Positions 26,001 through 38,116 of a stretch of 64,000 bases of DNA are shown here, one piece after another. Location: NCBI GenBank assembly GCA_017499595.2, contig CM039007.1:2046001-2110000 (forward strand), read 5' to 3'. Positions within the stretch are counted from its first letter, which is position 1; every line of letters begins with the position of its first letter. This DNA is from Psilocybe cubensis (taxonomy: Eukaryota). Under the pieces are notes generated by a model. It did no database searches. It was not told the origin of the DNA and saw only the letters and a program-made list of their open reading frames with translations. The position numbers and the translations under genes were made by a program.

Positions 26001-29000
26001 TAAATATCAAAGGAGATGCTTTAGCATTTTTGGCTGGCATTTGGTCATCGGGTCGTGTAGATGAATACAAGGATTCAAAGGCCATCTCTTTGTTACATGC
26101 TGCAGCCTTTTTGGAGGCTCATCTGCTCGAAGATGATGGCTTAGATTTCCAGACCATCATCCCTTCGTTGTTGGTTATATTGCAAACATCCGATACCAAC
26201 ATCTGTCAGGGTGCTTTGGAATGTGTATCTCGTATCAGAATTTTGGCTGAGCGCAAGCTATCGTCTGTCTATCTCTTTGATGCTATCTATGGCCACAACG
26301 ACAGTGAGATATTTTTCTGATTAATCAGCCTTTCATTAACTCGCGCGTTCATCAGGAACTTTGCAATATCTCGACCAGGACGATCTTAAGAAATACCTAG
26401 CTGCTCTAGTTGAACATCGCGATCATTTTGCCAACGATTCTACTTATCTTAAAACATTCCATGATCAGCATCTTGGACGTGTCAAAACTGACAAGAAACG
26501 CGACGCTGAGTACGTTCTTTCGCTAGTATCACTCATAGCCACTTACCCATTTGTTGGTAGTTATAAGCACCGCATCGTATGTTACTTGCTCTCACATATC
26601 AACGCCCTCTCGTCAGAATCTGTCCAAAATGCCCTTTTAAAATCCATCGCGACGATTACCAACAAAGCCAAGATTGAAATTCTTATTCCTACTATTCAAG
26701 CAGTCGTCGATGACGTGTCCTCTGTGGAAGCGGCTGCCATATTCTCTAAACATTCCGAAGAATTTTTGACACGCCTCCTATCTTGCTATGATTCTTCCGC
26801 GGCCACATACCTCAACGACACGCCCTCTGCATGGGCCAATTTCTCGCAAGTCTTACAGACTTTCTTCCGTACAGGTATGCATAAAATTTATCAATGTAAT
26901 TGCAATCCATTCACGATCTTGACAGGTACTCCAATCCAGCCTCAGGAAGCCCTTGCGCATGCCATTGAAACCGGGTTGTTTGCTTCTCTCAATCAGCAAA
27001 GAAAATTCTCACTCTGCGAAACACTCCTTGATGTCGGTTCGCAAGATTCATCATCTGTAAGCTTCCGCTATGCATTTTACATTGACACCGAATTTCATGA
27101 TCCATTTTTACAGCAATCACTGTCTCGCCGCGTGTTATCAACTGTTCTCGTTGATGTACCCCTCATTACTCACTTGCTTGGATTGTACACCCCTGTTGGA
27201 CCAACTTCAAGCCCCCGTGTCAAACGTGTTAAAACGATGGAGTAAGTTGATGTTAAACTCACTTTGATATATTTCAAATCTCAATTGCTTTCTAGAACTC
27301 CTGAGGATGTTCTTCCGCGACTCAGTCTTCTGGTTGAAATTTTGGGCACCAAATCTCTCCCTGGATCGCTTGATCTTATCTCCCATCTTCTTGATACTTT
27401 GAGCAGGGTTGTACAAGTCTTGCCCCCAGCGCAGGCTGATGTGAGTTATATTGAACAATTGTTAATGTCTGCCGTGGAAAGTGCTGCATCTAAAATCACT
27501 GTACGTTGCATTCGTTATACCTTTTCATCGTCTAACACTGCGTGTAGGAGGTGCCTAACTTGTCTCCCAGCGTGATACGTTTGGATATTTTGGTCGAGGT
27601 TATTCGAGGTCTGTAATCCACTTATCCTTCTTCGATTTTTCAGGACCTGATCATAGTCTAGTATCTGGAAATCCTCAAACATTCCATCAAGCGCTTCTTC
27701 TTATCGCCAATCTGGCCCGCCTTGCTCCAGAATCTGTGCTTTACAATGTTATGCCAGTCTTCACGTTCATGGGATCAAATGTCTTCCATAGGGATGATAG
27801 CTACAGCTTCAAAGTTGTACAGCAGGTGAGCGTTACACAAAGCTCTGGAGTTTGTGATTGATAACTAATACGTTGTAGACCATTGATGGCATTGTTCCTG
27901 TCATGGTATCATCACTAAAGGAAGCTCATACTCAGCCGCTTGATCTATATCTTGCCTCTAAAGAGTTTCTTCGAGTCTTCTCGGATGCTGCGAACCATAT
28001 TCCCCGACACAGGCGTAACAAGTTCGTCTGCAGTAATGTGGCAAAAAGTTTTGCGACTGATCCACTATTTTTAGATTCTTTTCTCATCTTGTTGACGTTC
28101 TCGGTGCTCGCGAATTTATGGCACCAATCTGCATGCTTCTCCTCGAAAAAATGGCAAATAGAATAATTCGACAGCCTTCGGAGGAAGTCCAAAACTCGCT
28201 TTCATTACCGATAGCCGTATTCCAACATTGCGATTATGCTTTGCAACTTCATGTCAGACTTTCTCTTCCGCTTTTGATGCATTTTTCTTAATGTTATTTT
28301 TCCAGACTGCAACTGAGATCTTGCAGGAAAGCAGACGTATTGTGGCGCATATAGCTGATCCTCAATCAAAGCAGCCTATCTTCTTGGAAGGAGTAACGTA
28401 TGTAAAAAATGCTTTTTTTATCAATCATGCTGACCGAAGAACAAGTGATGGAGACCATTCAATTTCGTCCTCGACAATCTTGAGGAGACGTGCACAAGCA
28501 TTGATTGTCTTCGTTGGTTATGCCTTCAAGCCAAAACCCACCACTCCCGCTGCAACTGACAGCGGCGTTTCTATCAGCTCTGTGATATCTCAGCTGATCA
28601 TATTAGCTGTCCTTCCGGAAGGTGTATCAACTGAAACGAAGATTGGGGATGTTTCTGAGGCTGCTCGCGCAACTCTCGGCAGACTTCTTAGCGGGATGTC
28701 TGTGGTCGATTTCAGTGAAGCCGTGCAATTGATGCTTGACTCAGGAGACGTTAAGGTGGGCAACATGAATGAATATCAATGTATCCGTATTAATGTTGTA
28801 CCAGGTTCAAGCTGGAGCTCTGGAACTTCTTTCAAAGAGACTTCCCGATGTATCTGCCAAGATGAGGCCTACACTCACAAGCTACATTGTCAAAATCTTG
28901 GGGTCCATCAAGAGCTTGCTCACTATTCACAAAGAAGGCCCTCTTGTGGCGCATGCCTACGAAGCTATCACTTCGATCGCTTCTACGATCTCATCTGGAG

Positions 29001-30728
29001 AAGAAAGCCCACTGACGGACTTGCTTCCATTCGCCATCTCAGCTTCCAAAGAAAAGGCTCTCGCTCTCCCAGCATTGGGTGCACTCGCTGCCATGTCGTA
29101 AGAATTGTTCTGTGATGTATGTAGACATTATCACTCACTTTTCACAGGGTCAAGCTTGGTCCTCGTATCATTCCCTTCTTCCGTTCGATCATCTCGCTCA
29201 GTATTACAGTCCTTCGGGGAGACGACGGTGGTAAGTAACTTTTTTGACGTAACGAAATGATATTTATATATGTTGTTATCAGCACTTTTCCAAAATTCCT
29301 TCCAAATACTCAGTGGGTTGCTATCGACCATACCTACTTTCTGGGGAAGTGGCGAAGTCAACCAAGTGGTATTCTTGTATATGGATGAAGCTTCATCAAC
29401 TTCCAAAATATCACCTGCCGCATTATCCTCATTGACCAAATCTCTTGCGAAGCGCATACCTGCTAAGGTACTCATTCCAAGTTTGTTGGATATGTGGCAG
29501 TCTCTCCAGGTGTCTGGGAAATTGGTAATGTTCATTGCTATTTGTTAAAACATCCTATGCTTACATTTACATATAGGCCAGAATCTCAGCCTATTTCTAC
29601 GTATTTTCTCGAGCACTGCAACATGCTGATCGACCAATCGTCTTGGAACATCTTCGCGCTTCTTTCAAGTTGTTCCTTGAAGCCTTGGATATTGTCAAAG
29701 TTGACCCTGAGGTATGTGGTCATGCCTTTGAGCACAACCTTTGGCTTATTTAAATGACTTAGGTGGAATCTCGCGTTATTGCAGCGTTCAAAGAGCTCGT
29801 GGTCAAATTGAATGAAACTGCATTCAAACCGCTGTTCCGTCGTCTGTTCGATTGGGCTTTTGTCGAAAACACCAGTGCGTCGATCAATTTTTTGGTAATC
29901 AAAAATATAATCATTAACAATTGCGTAGACGACGTTGCTCGCAAGGTTACATTTGGTCATCTTTACATCAGCCTCCTTGATTTCTTCAAGGTGAGAGGCT
30001 TTGTGTGTTTTGTTTCTCGCTTCTTCTGACGGGTTGATTCTTTTAGACGTTGATGGTTCCATATATGTCGTTCCTATTGCAACCATACTGCGACATCTTG
30101 GCCTCTTTCACTGCGTCCACTTCCAGCGACTTTTCACTCTGGTCTTCCGTTCTCCAAACCCTCACCCGCGCACTGAACTTTGACGATGGAGGTAGGCCAA
30201 TCCAACCAACACAAAAAAACTCCAACCCATCGTTCTTACAATTTTTCTTTTTTTCTCTAGTATTCTGGCGAGACGACAAGCTCCGGCAAATCGCGACACC
30301 TTTGACCGGCCAAATCGAAGTCTGCATCCGGCTGGGCTTCGGCGCTGAAGACGGTAAGACGCAGCTGCAGGACTGCCTCGCTGCGCTCGTCGAAAACGCA
30401 ACGGACGATACATTGCTCAAGACGATCAATCTTAATATTTTGATGCATACGCGGTCGGAGGACCATCGCGTGCGGCTGTTCGCGCTCACGTGCGCCGAGG
30501 CGGTTTGGCGTGCGAATGGCGGCAAGTTGCTTGGTGTGTATTCCTTTTTTTTTGGTTTATTTTTGTGTGGATGGGATTGTTTATGGTTTTTGTCTTATAG
30601 GATTTGTGGGCGAGACTGCGACGTTCATTTCGGAGTGTGGAGAGGACGAGAACGATGTGGTCGTCAAGGAGTGCATAAAACTGAAAGATGCTGTTGAGAG
30701 CGTGGCTGGTGCGATTGATGGGCTATGA
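23036..30728 (+). CDS. UTP10: U3 snoRNA-associated protein 10 (HEATR1), many exons
   Basis: N-terminal MSSLATQLA...SYLF...ERAKETDRTLL...LLSPYLMEPSTGKIIEWLVRRFR|INEFN...LFLPYHES; NVMPVFTFMG..FHRDDSYSFKVV; HIPRHRR; BP28CT-like LVVKLNETAFKPLFRRLFDWA; C-terminal ETATFISECGEDENDVV. Confidence 0.93.
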
Positions 30729-31488
30729 GTATGAATGAAGCGATGAGAGATCGGTTCGACAAAAAAGTAATTTAGTTGTAATTTATATCAGGTTTTTTAC
30801 ATGAGGTGTATATGGCGATTGGAGGTCTCAACGCCGTTTCTTTTTTTTTTTTTTTGACAATGTCCATAGAACATGGGTTTTGGAGAGACAATGAGATTGA
30901 TTGATTGATGAGATATGTATGAGATGAAAAGAAAAAGACCTTGATGATATAAAATTACGGGTAACCTGAACCTGAGTAAGAAAAGGAGGAGATGATGGCA
31001 ACAATGAATAGAAAAAGAGAAGAAAATGATATAAGTGAGAATAAAAACATTGCACAGATGCAATAAAGCGCTGACTGCCTAGCGAGGAGGAGGAGGAAGA
31101 GGAGAAGGAAGAAAAACCCTGGGGTATATATATGCACTACTACTACTACTAGTTGTTTTGTAAGTAAACAATATTGGGAGAAGTAATAAAGAACTTGAAG
31201 CCAAAAAAAATAAGAGATGAAAGAAATGGTATGCTGGTATGTAAATATGCATGCGATGGGAATGAAATGGGAGCAGATGGTAAAGAACAGAAAAGTATGT
31301 CCACGTAATAAGAAAGGACGAAGTCAGATTAAAACAACAACAACACAGTGATGGAACCATGAACAAAGAGATGAAATGTGGATGTGGATGGAGATGGGGA
31401 TGGGGATTCATTGTTGAATTGAAAGTTTTCGGCGGTAAGGGATGAAAGGTGAATGGAAAAACAAAGGTGATAATTTTTTTAAAAAAAA

Positions 31489-34400
31489 TCATGAAGCGGG
31501 TGCATTTCCTTCCTGTAGCAATTTTTCGATGGCCATGCACTGTGAAAGGAGGAGGACAATGACGTGGCGGCCGCACGCTTTGTGGACGATGAACGAGCTC
31601 TGTATGACGTCCCACATGAGTGAAAAAAAATTCTTATAAAAAAATGTCAAATATATGCGTACCTTTAAGAGTTCGCTCGGGCTCGGGCGCGCGGCTGCAG
31701 GCTCGGAGCACCTCCTCAGGAATTCGTGGAATGCGGGGGAATAGAGCTCGGGCTGACGCAGTGGGGGCCAGCGGTCCGCGAGCTGCTTGGTGTCGGCGAA
31801 CGGCGGGTCCTGCTGCGCCATCTCCCACACGGTCGCGCCGAGCGACCAGACGTCGACTTTGAGTGCGTCGTATGGAGGCCTGGGATATTGGTTTTAGTTG
31901 CATGCATTGTATGATGGATGAAACAGAGATAATTTACCTTCGGACTTCTGGGGCCTGCCAGAACACGACGCCTGCTGGATCAGAGAGCATTGATTTGCCT
32001 GGAGCCACTTGCACTGCATTGGAAAAGTCGGCTATTATCACAACAAATTAGATCAAAGTAAAAGAAAAAAAAAAAACAGGTGGGAGGGGTACCCACCAAG
32101 CTTGAGCACGCCATTTTTATTGAGCAGTAGATTGTCCGAGCGCACATCACGGTGGGCGATATGATGCTTCTGCAGAAACTCGAGCGCGCAGAGCACGTCG
32201 CTCGCAAAGCGCGCGATCGTGCGCTCCTGCAGCTGCAGCCCGTCGCCCACGAGCGCGATGATGTCCGCGAGACTGCGCTCCATGAGCTCCATGCGGACCC
32301 ATAGTGAGTCCTCGACGAGGTCGACGTACACGCCGTCCATGCCCAGAACGTTCTCGTGCCCCAGCCCGCGCATCAGCGATAGCTCGCGCTGCAGGTCCAC
32401 GAGCTTCGGGCTGCCGGAGGGTACGATCGCCACGCTCTTGATGGCGACCATGACTGGCTGCCCTGCGCGCACGGCCTCTGCGTCCTGTGCCTTGATGAGC
32501 GGTGGAAGACGCAGCTTATGTGCTGTGGCAGGGTTGAGCAGCGCGGCGAATACGGAGCCGGACTCGCCCTCGGCGATCTCGGTCAGGTCGAGGTAGTGGT
32601 CCCTCGGGTCGACCGCCTCGTCGATGAACTCTTCCAGTGGCGCGACGACGTCCGAGAGCCAGCCGCGGTACTGTTGGAAGGGAGAGAGTGGCGTCGCGGT
32701 CTCGGGCGTGATGCCGGCTGAGGACACAGGCATGGTAGTACCGTGGCTTGAGATTGGCTCATCAGAGATGACAATTGTCGGGCGGGACGCTGCACCGGGC
32801 GAAGGTGCGATGGCAGAGGCGGCAGCAGCCGCTGCCAGCGCCTCGGCTTCCATCGTCTCTTCGTCAGGGAACCCGGCAAACTCGACCTCGTCATCCTCAT
32901 CATCGTACGCGTGTGCTGCATCCCTGTTCCACGAAGACGATGGCGGCGGTGGGAGGCTGGACGGCACCTGCTGCTGGCCAGGCGCAAACGAGACCTTGTC
33001 CGGCGTCGGCGATGGTGTATGCGCGCCGTCGAGGTAGTACAACAGCGGCGAGGCAATTCCTCCGTCCGTCGTGGGCGTCGGGTGCATCTCCTGCGACGAC
33101 CGATCGCGGGAGCTGCTCGAGGACGAGCCCGTGCTCTCCTCGCTCCCTGCGCCTCCCGTGCGCGCGCCAAAGTGGGATCCCATGGGCGACGCAGGTGGTC
33201 CCGGCAGTGCTGGCAGCGCCGCCTGCCTACGCGCCTCCATATGCCTGTCCCTCGCACGCTGCGCCGCGTCACTAGTGCTGTTATTATCGACCACATACGC
33301 GCCCGCGCGCCGCGCGACCGAGACGTTCCTAACAATCGTCGCCGCTGCGAGCGCCGTGACCGTCAGCGTCGAAGAGCTGCTCCTGCTCGAGTCGCGGTTC
33401 GAGTCTCGGTCCGCAAAGACATGATGCGGCGCGTCAAGCAGGCGCGCGTCGACTTCCGCGGCAATGGCATTGTCCGCCCTGGCCGACTCATTCCTGTCCT
33501 CAGCAATCCTCAGCTCAATGTCCGGCGTCGTATCCTCCATATAGCCACCGTATACCTCTCCGTCTTCATCCTCCTCTACATCGCCCTCATATGCCGTCTG
33601 CCCTTGGACGCGGCGCGGGCCAAGCACAACCTCCTGTCCCTCCGCCGCCTCATCGTCGTCGTCGTACACGCTCTTGTCATCATCATCATCTGCCCTCCTC
33701 TCTCCTTCAGCAGCAACAGGCGACCGGCCCACAACATCGCCCACGGTCTTCACACCTCCTACTACACCCTCCCCATCCTCCTTCTTCGCCTTCGCCTCCT
33801 TATCCCACTCCTTCCCACTCACACTCAAACTCTGCGTCGGTCCTCCCGCACCAGTACCCGTGCCCAACCCTGCACTCCTCAGCACACCCTGCGCACCAGC
33901 CGGAAGCGCAACACTAAGATGCAGCCCCGGAATTGTGCTGATCATCCCCGGATCCATCATCTGCTCAATCTCATTCCAAAGCTGCGCCGAATCCGGACCC
34001 GCAGACGACCCAGCACCAGGGGAAAACACAGGCTCGCCCGCCGAGTTGGTCGTCATTGCCGTGGCAGGCCACGCGGATGGCGGGGGGCTGAGGAGTCCGT
34101 TTGCCGTCGCCGGTCCCGGTGGTGGCGGCGGCGAGCGGATGGCATTCATCTGCCCTGAGCTCGTCGTCGACGCCGAAGACACCTCGGGGATCAGTGGTAA
34201 CGGCCCATTCGAGCTCGATGCGCCTACACCGACAGGAGGCAAGGGCAGCGGCATAGTCGGCCCGGAGCCAGAGCGCGAATTGGAGCGCGCGCGGATGGGT
34301 GGGATGGGGATGGACGGCGGCGGCTTGGATGTGGGCAGTTTGCGGGTGACTGGAGGAGGTGTGGGGGCGTGAGATTGAGGTGGCGTCGAGGTGGTGGTGG

Positions 34401-37400
34401 TGGTGGTAGTGGTGGGTGGCTGAGGTGGTGTTTGTATGCGCGATGGCGGTAGTGGTGCTGGTGCTGTTGCTGGTGTGGGCGCCTTTTGGGAAGTTTGTTG
34501 CGACGAAGACGAGGAGGAAGATGCAGCCGCCGACGAAGACGAGAATGAAGGCTGTACCTGGGCTTGACGCTCCCAAGGCCGCGCTGTAGCAGCAGCCGTG
34601 GCGGTTGTGACAGTCGTCGGCGAATCCATCCTGTCTCTCTCCCGCTCCCGCTCTTTCTCTTCCTTCTCCTTCTTGTCCTTCCCAAAGTCCGTTCCGAGCC
34701 CCAAACCCAGTCCAAGCCCCTTCCCAAGATCAAACCCATCCTTGCCATCATCCCCAAACGAGATCCCACTAAGCAGCGCTTCCGACCATGCGCTCAGGTC
34801 CTCCGAGGGATCCTTCGAATGGTGTAGGGACAGGCGCGGTGGGAGTGCCGGGGTGCGTTTCGTCTGAGGCTGAGGAGACGAAGTTATTGAAGGCGATGCT
34901 GACGACGATGCTGACGCAGAGAACGACAAGGACGGGTTATAGCTCATCTCGGTATATGCGTGCCCACTGGTGCTTCCACTACCACTCCCACTTCCGCTCG
35001 CACTGGCACTCGTAGTAGTAGCGGTAGCGCCCGGCGGCGACCACGCATACGTCGGACCCTGCCCCGCGCCCCCCTTGCCCCCTCTCCCACTCTTATTCCC
35101 ACCCCGATTCATACTCGCGCTCCGCACAACCTCCCGCGCGTCGTCCGGAAGCGGCGGACGCGCGGACGCGGACGGGGACACACCCTCTGGTATACTCTCC
35201 AGACTCGTCACGCTCCCATTGCGCGTCGACTGCAAGCTGCCGACAGACCGGTTCGCGAGGTTCTGCAGCGCGGCTGTGTTGTTGCTGCTGTTGTTGTTGT
35301 TGTTGGATGATGATCCAGCAAAACGGCCCAGTCGACTCCGTATAGAGCCCTGTGACGCTGCGCTCCTCAGTGAGGGCTTGCGCGATATCGAGCTCGAAGG
35401 CGTATGGCCGCGTCCTTGGCGGAGTGACGACTGCGACGAGTGCTGCCCCCGCGCACCAAGCCCAGAGCCAGCACCAGAAGGCCCCCCAGGCGCATTCGTA
35501 CTCCCATCCGTCCCCGCACGCGGACGCGCATATATCTCCCACACAGGTGTACGCGGCGCATCCCCAGCTCCCGATCCCATTGTTCCAGGTGTAACCGTCC
35601 CTCCTCCTCCACGTCCAGAAGGCCCGGAATACGCATCGGGCGACACAGCAGGCAACGACACAAACTCCTCGTCAGAATCCACCTCTTTCCCCTTGCGCTC
35701 CTCCTCCCCCGCGCGCTCGCGTTCTCGGCTCTTACTCCGCGCGCGTATGCCCGCCGCCAGTCCGCTGAGCCCTGCGCCTAAATTGAGCCCTGCGCGCTCT
35801 CGACTCGCTTCCCGACTCCCTGCGGCTGTCCCTGTCCCTGCCCCGCTCCCGCTCCCGCCGCTAGTCTGGCCCTTCTTCATCCTCCCTCTGACGGCATCGA
35901 CGAGGTTCGAGCTTTGCTTCGCTACGAGCGAGCCGGCAAGGGCGAGCGAGGACGATGCGGAGGCTGCTGCCGTAGAGAGCTTGGACGGCGTTTGCGTTGG
36001 AGGTGTGGACGTGGACGTGGAGGCGAGGTTCTGCTGCGAGCTCGACGCCAAATACGATGTCGAAGCAGACGCAGAAGCCGAAGCAGACGCGGACGAGTGC
36101 CCCGTTTCCGAAGTTGTAGCGGACGCAGTGTCCTTTTCCTTCTCTTTCGCCTTGGATATCTTCGTGCCCCATATACTGGGCTTCGCAGGTGCCTTGTCCT
36201 CTCCCACTCCCGTTGACACTGACCCTGCAGCCGACCCACTCCTCCCTCTTCCACGCGAAGTATCCCTGTCCCCATTGACCACCCTAAAACGCGCCGTACC
36301 TCCCCCAGCAAGCGACATCGGATTGCTACTCGCAGTCGTGTGCGTGTTCGTCGTACTGATACTCGACCCATTCGTATGTCCTCCTCCAACCCCATTCACA
36401 CTCGTAAGCACACTCGCACCCGCACTCCCGCTCCTGCTACGCTGTGCCTCCTCCCTGTCTCCTCCACTCACTTGGGCGTTCAACGCCGGATTCGAGTACG
36501 ACAGGCTGACGTACGCGGGCGTGCCCGGTGCAGCAGCGCCGTACGGGTGTCGCGACGAAGATGAGGATGCGGCAGGGTACGGCGACGGCGGGTTGACGGC
36601 ATACGCGGCGGACGTGCTCATGTTGCCGAACGTCGTGTTGGCGGTTTGGTTGGCGGCGTTGTAGTTTGATCTGTGGGTGAGTAGGTGAGTGCGGATTAGG
36701 TGATATGTGTGGGTGCAAAGCGGATGTCAGTGGGATGTAATATGAAGTGATAGCGGTCAATGTGAGGAATGGGGATGTAAAACGGAGATGTTGATCACGA
36801 ATTGAATGAACGAATAGTACCAGCCACCGCAATCGACAAATGTGAATATGAAAAGTAGAGGAAAGGGGAAACCAAAAAGACGTCAAACAAAGTAAGAAGG
36901 ACGTACGAGCTAGCATGCGAATCCGAGCTATTCCCTATCGTCGAGCTCGACAGCTGATTCGGTTTGTGCCCTGACCCTCCTCCGACTCCCGACGACAAAT
37001 CTTCATAAGCCGTAGGCGGCTTCCTCTTTGGCGGCGGCACGCGTTTCGCTTGTGTGGGCCCTGCTGCTGATGAGGATGATGGAGCTGACAGGGATGGTGT
37101 GGATGCGGATGATGGTAGCCCCGCAACGGTCGTCGTCGCAGCTGATGCCGTACTTGCCGTCGATGACGACGGGCCTGCAGCTGACCCTGACGCCGCAGAC
37201 GAGGACGACGGCGGCGCAGATGCGGATGCGACGAGTGGGATGAGGCGTGGCAGCGAGGTTGTGCGCGGTGTTGGGTTCGCGATGATCGGCACAGTGGCGT
37301 TGGGCGTTGTGGATGATGAGGACGAGGAGGCTTGTGGATGTGAGGGGAAGGCGGCTGCGGCGGGGCTCTGAGGGCGTTCGTTGTACAGATACTGGAGGTT

Positions 37401-38116
37401 GGCGGGGGAGCGCACGCCGGCTGCGCGGCGCGCTTGGATAGCGGCGATTTCTTCCTCTGTGAACCCGGCTGCTGCAAGCGAGGTGGACCATGAGGGTGGT
37501 AAGCCGACGAATCTATGCAAGTTACACTCAATCAACGCGATAAGTTAGCAAATACAAGGAGAAGACAAACCCTTCGTCAACGTGGATGTGATGCTTTTAC
37601 AACAAAAAAAGACGATCAGACGAGGAGAGGGATCAAAGGAAGGACAGCAAAGCGCACCTGGAAGTTCCATGGCATGGAGATCCCGTCGTCTTCCTGCGGC
37701 GGGGGCGGGTCTGGCTCGTCTGCGGGTGCGATGACGAGGATGGGTGTGTCCGGGGCCTGCGGCGGTGGGCTCTTCGGGCTGTTCTTCTTGGTGAACTTGA
37801 GAAAGGCCAGCGGCGCCTTTTTCGTCGGTGCGGGTGTGGTGTTCCTGCTCTGCGACGCACCGTCCTGCGGCGAGAGCAGATCGGGGGTGGAGCCATTGAT
37901 ATTGGAGACGTTGGAGGAGCTCTGGTTCATGACGCTCATGGACTCGAGGAGCGGGGAGTTGGCGCGGCGGATGGCGTACTGGACGGAGGGCGACGCTGGC
38001 AACGGGGAGTCGGGGACGAGGGAGGCGCGGGAGGCGTTCTGGGTGTTTCTGAGCTGGTAAATAGGGTCTTTTGGGGGCAGCGGAGGGGGCTTTGAGTAGA
38101 GCTTGAAGGGCGCCAT
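31489..38116 (-). CDS. Very large CRIB (p21-binding)-domain STE20/PAK-like Ser/Thr kinase with long low-complexity linker
   Basis: CRIB split over exons (ISMPWNFQ|..HVDEG|FVGLPPSWSTSLAAAGFTEEEI). Kinase domain IAEGESGSVF, VAIK, ELSLM, MELMERSLAD, HRDVRSDNLLL, ADFSNA, FWQAPE, KVDVWSLGATVWEMAQQDPPF. Confidence 0.85.

Noticed and set aside
32219-37371. Many long + strand ORFs (e.g. 34970-36664, 32911-34158)
   Set aside because: Antisense shadows of the GC-rich, low-complexity kinase exon; no domain signal.
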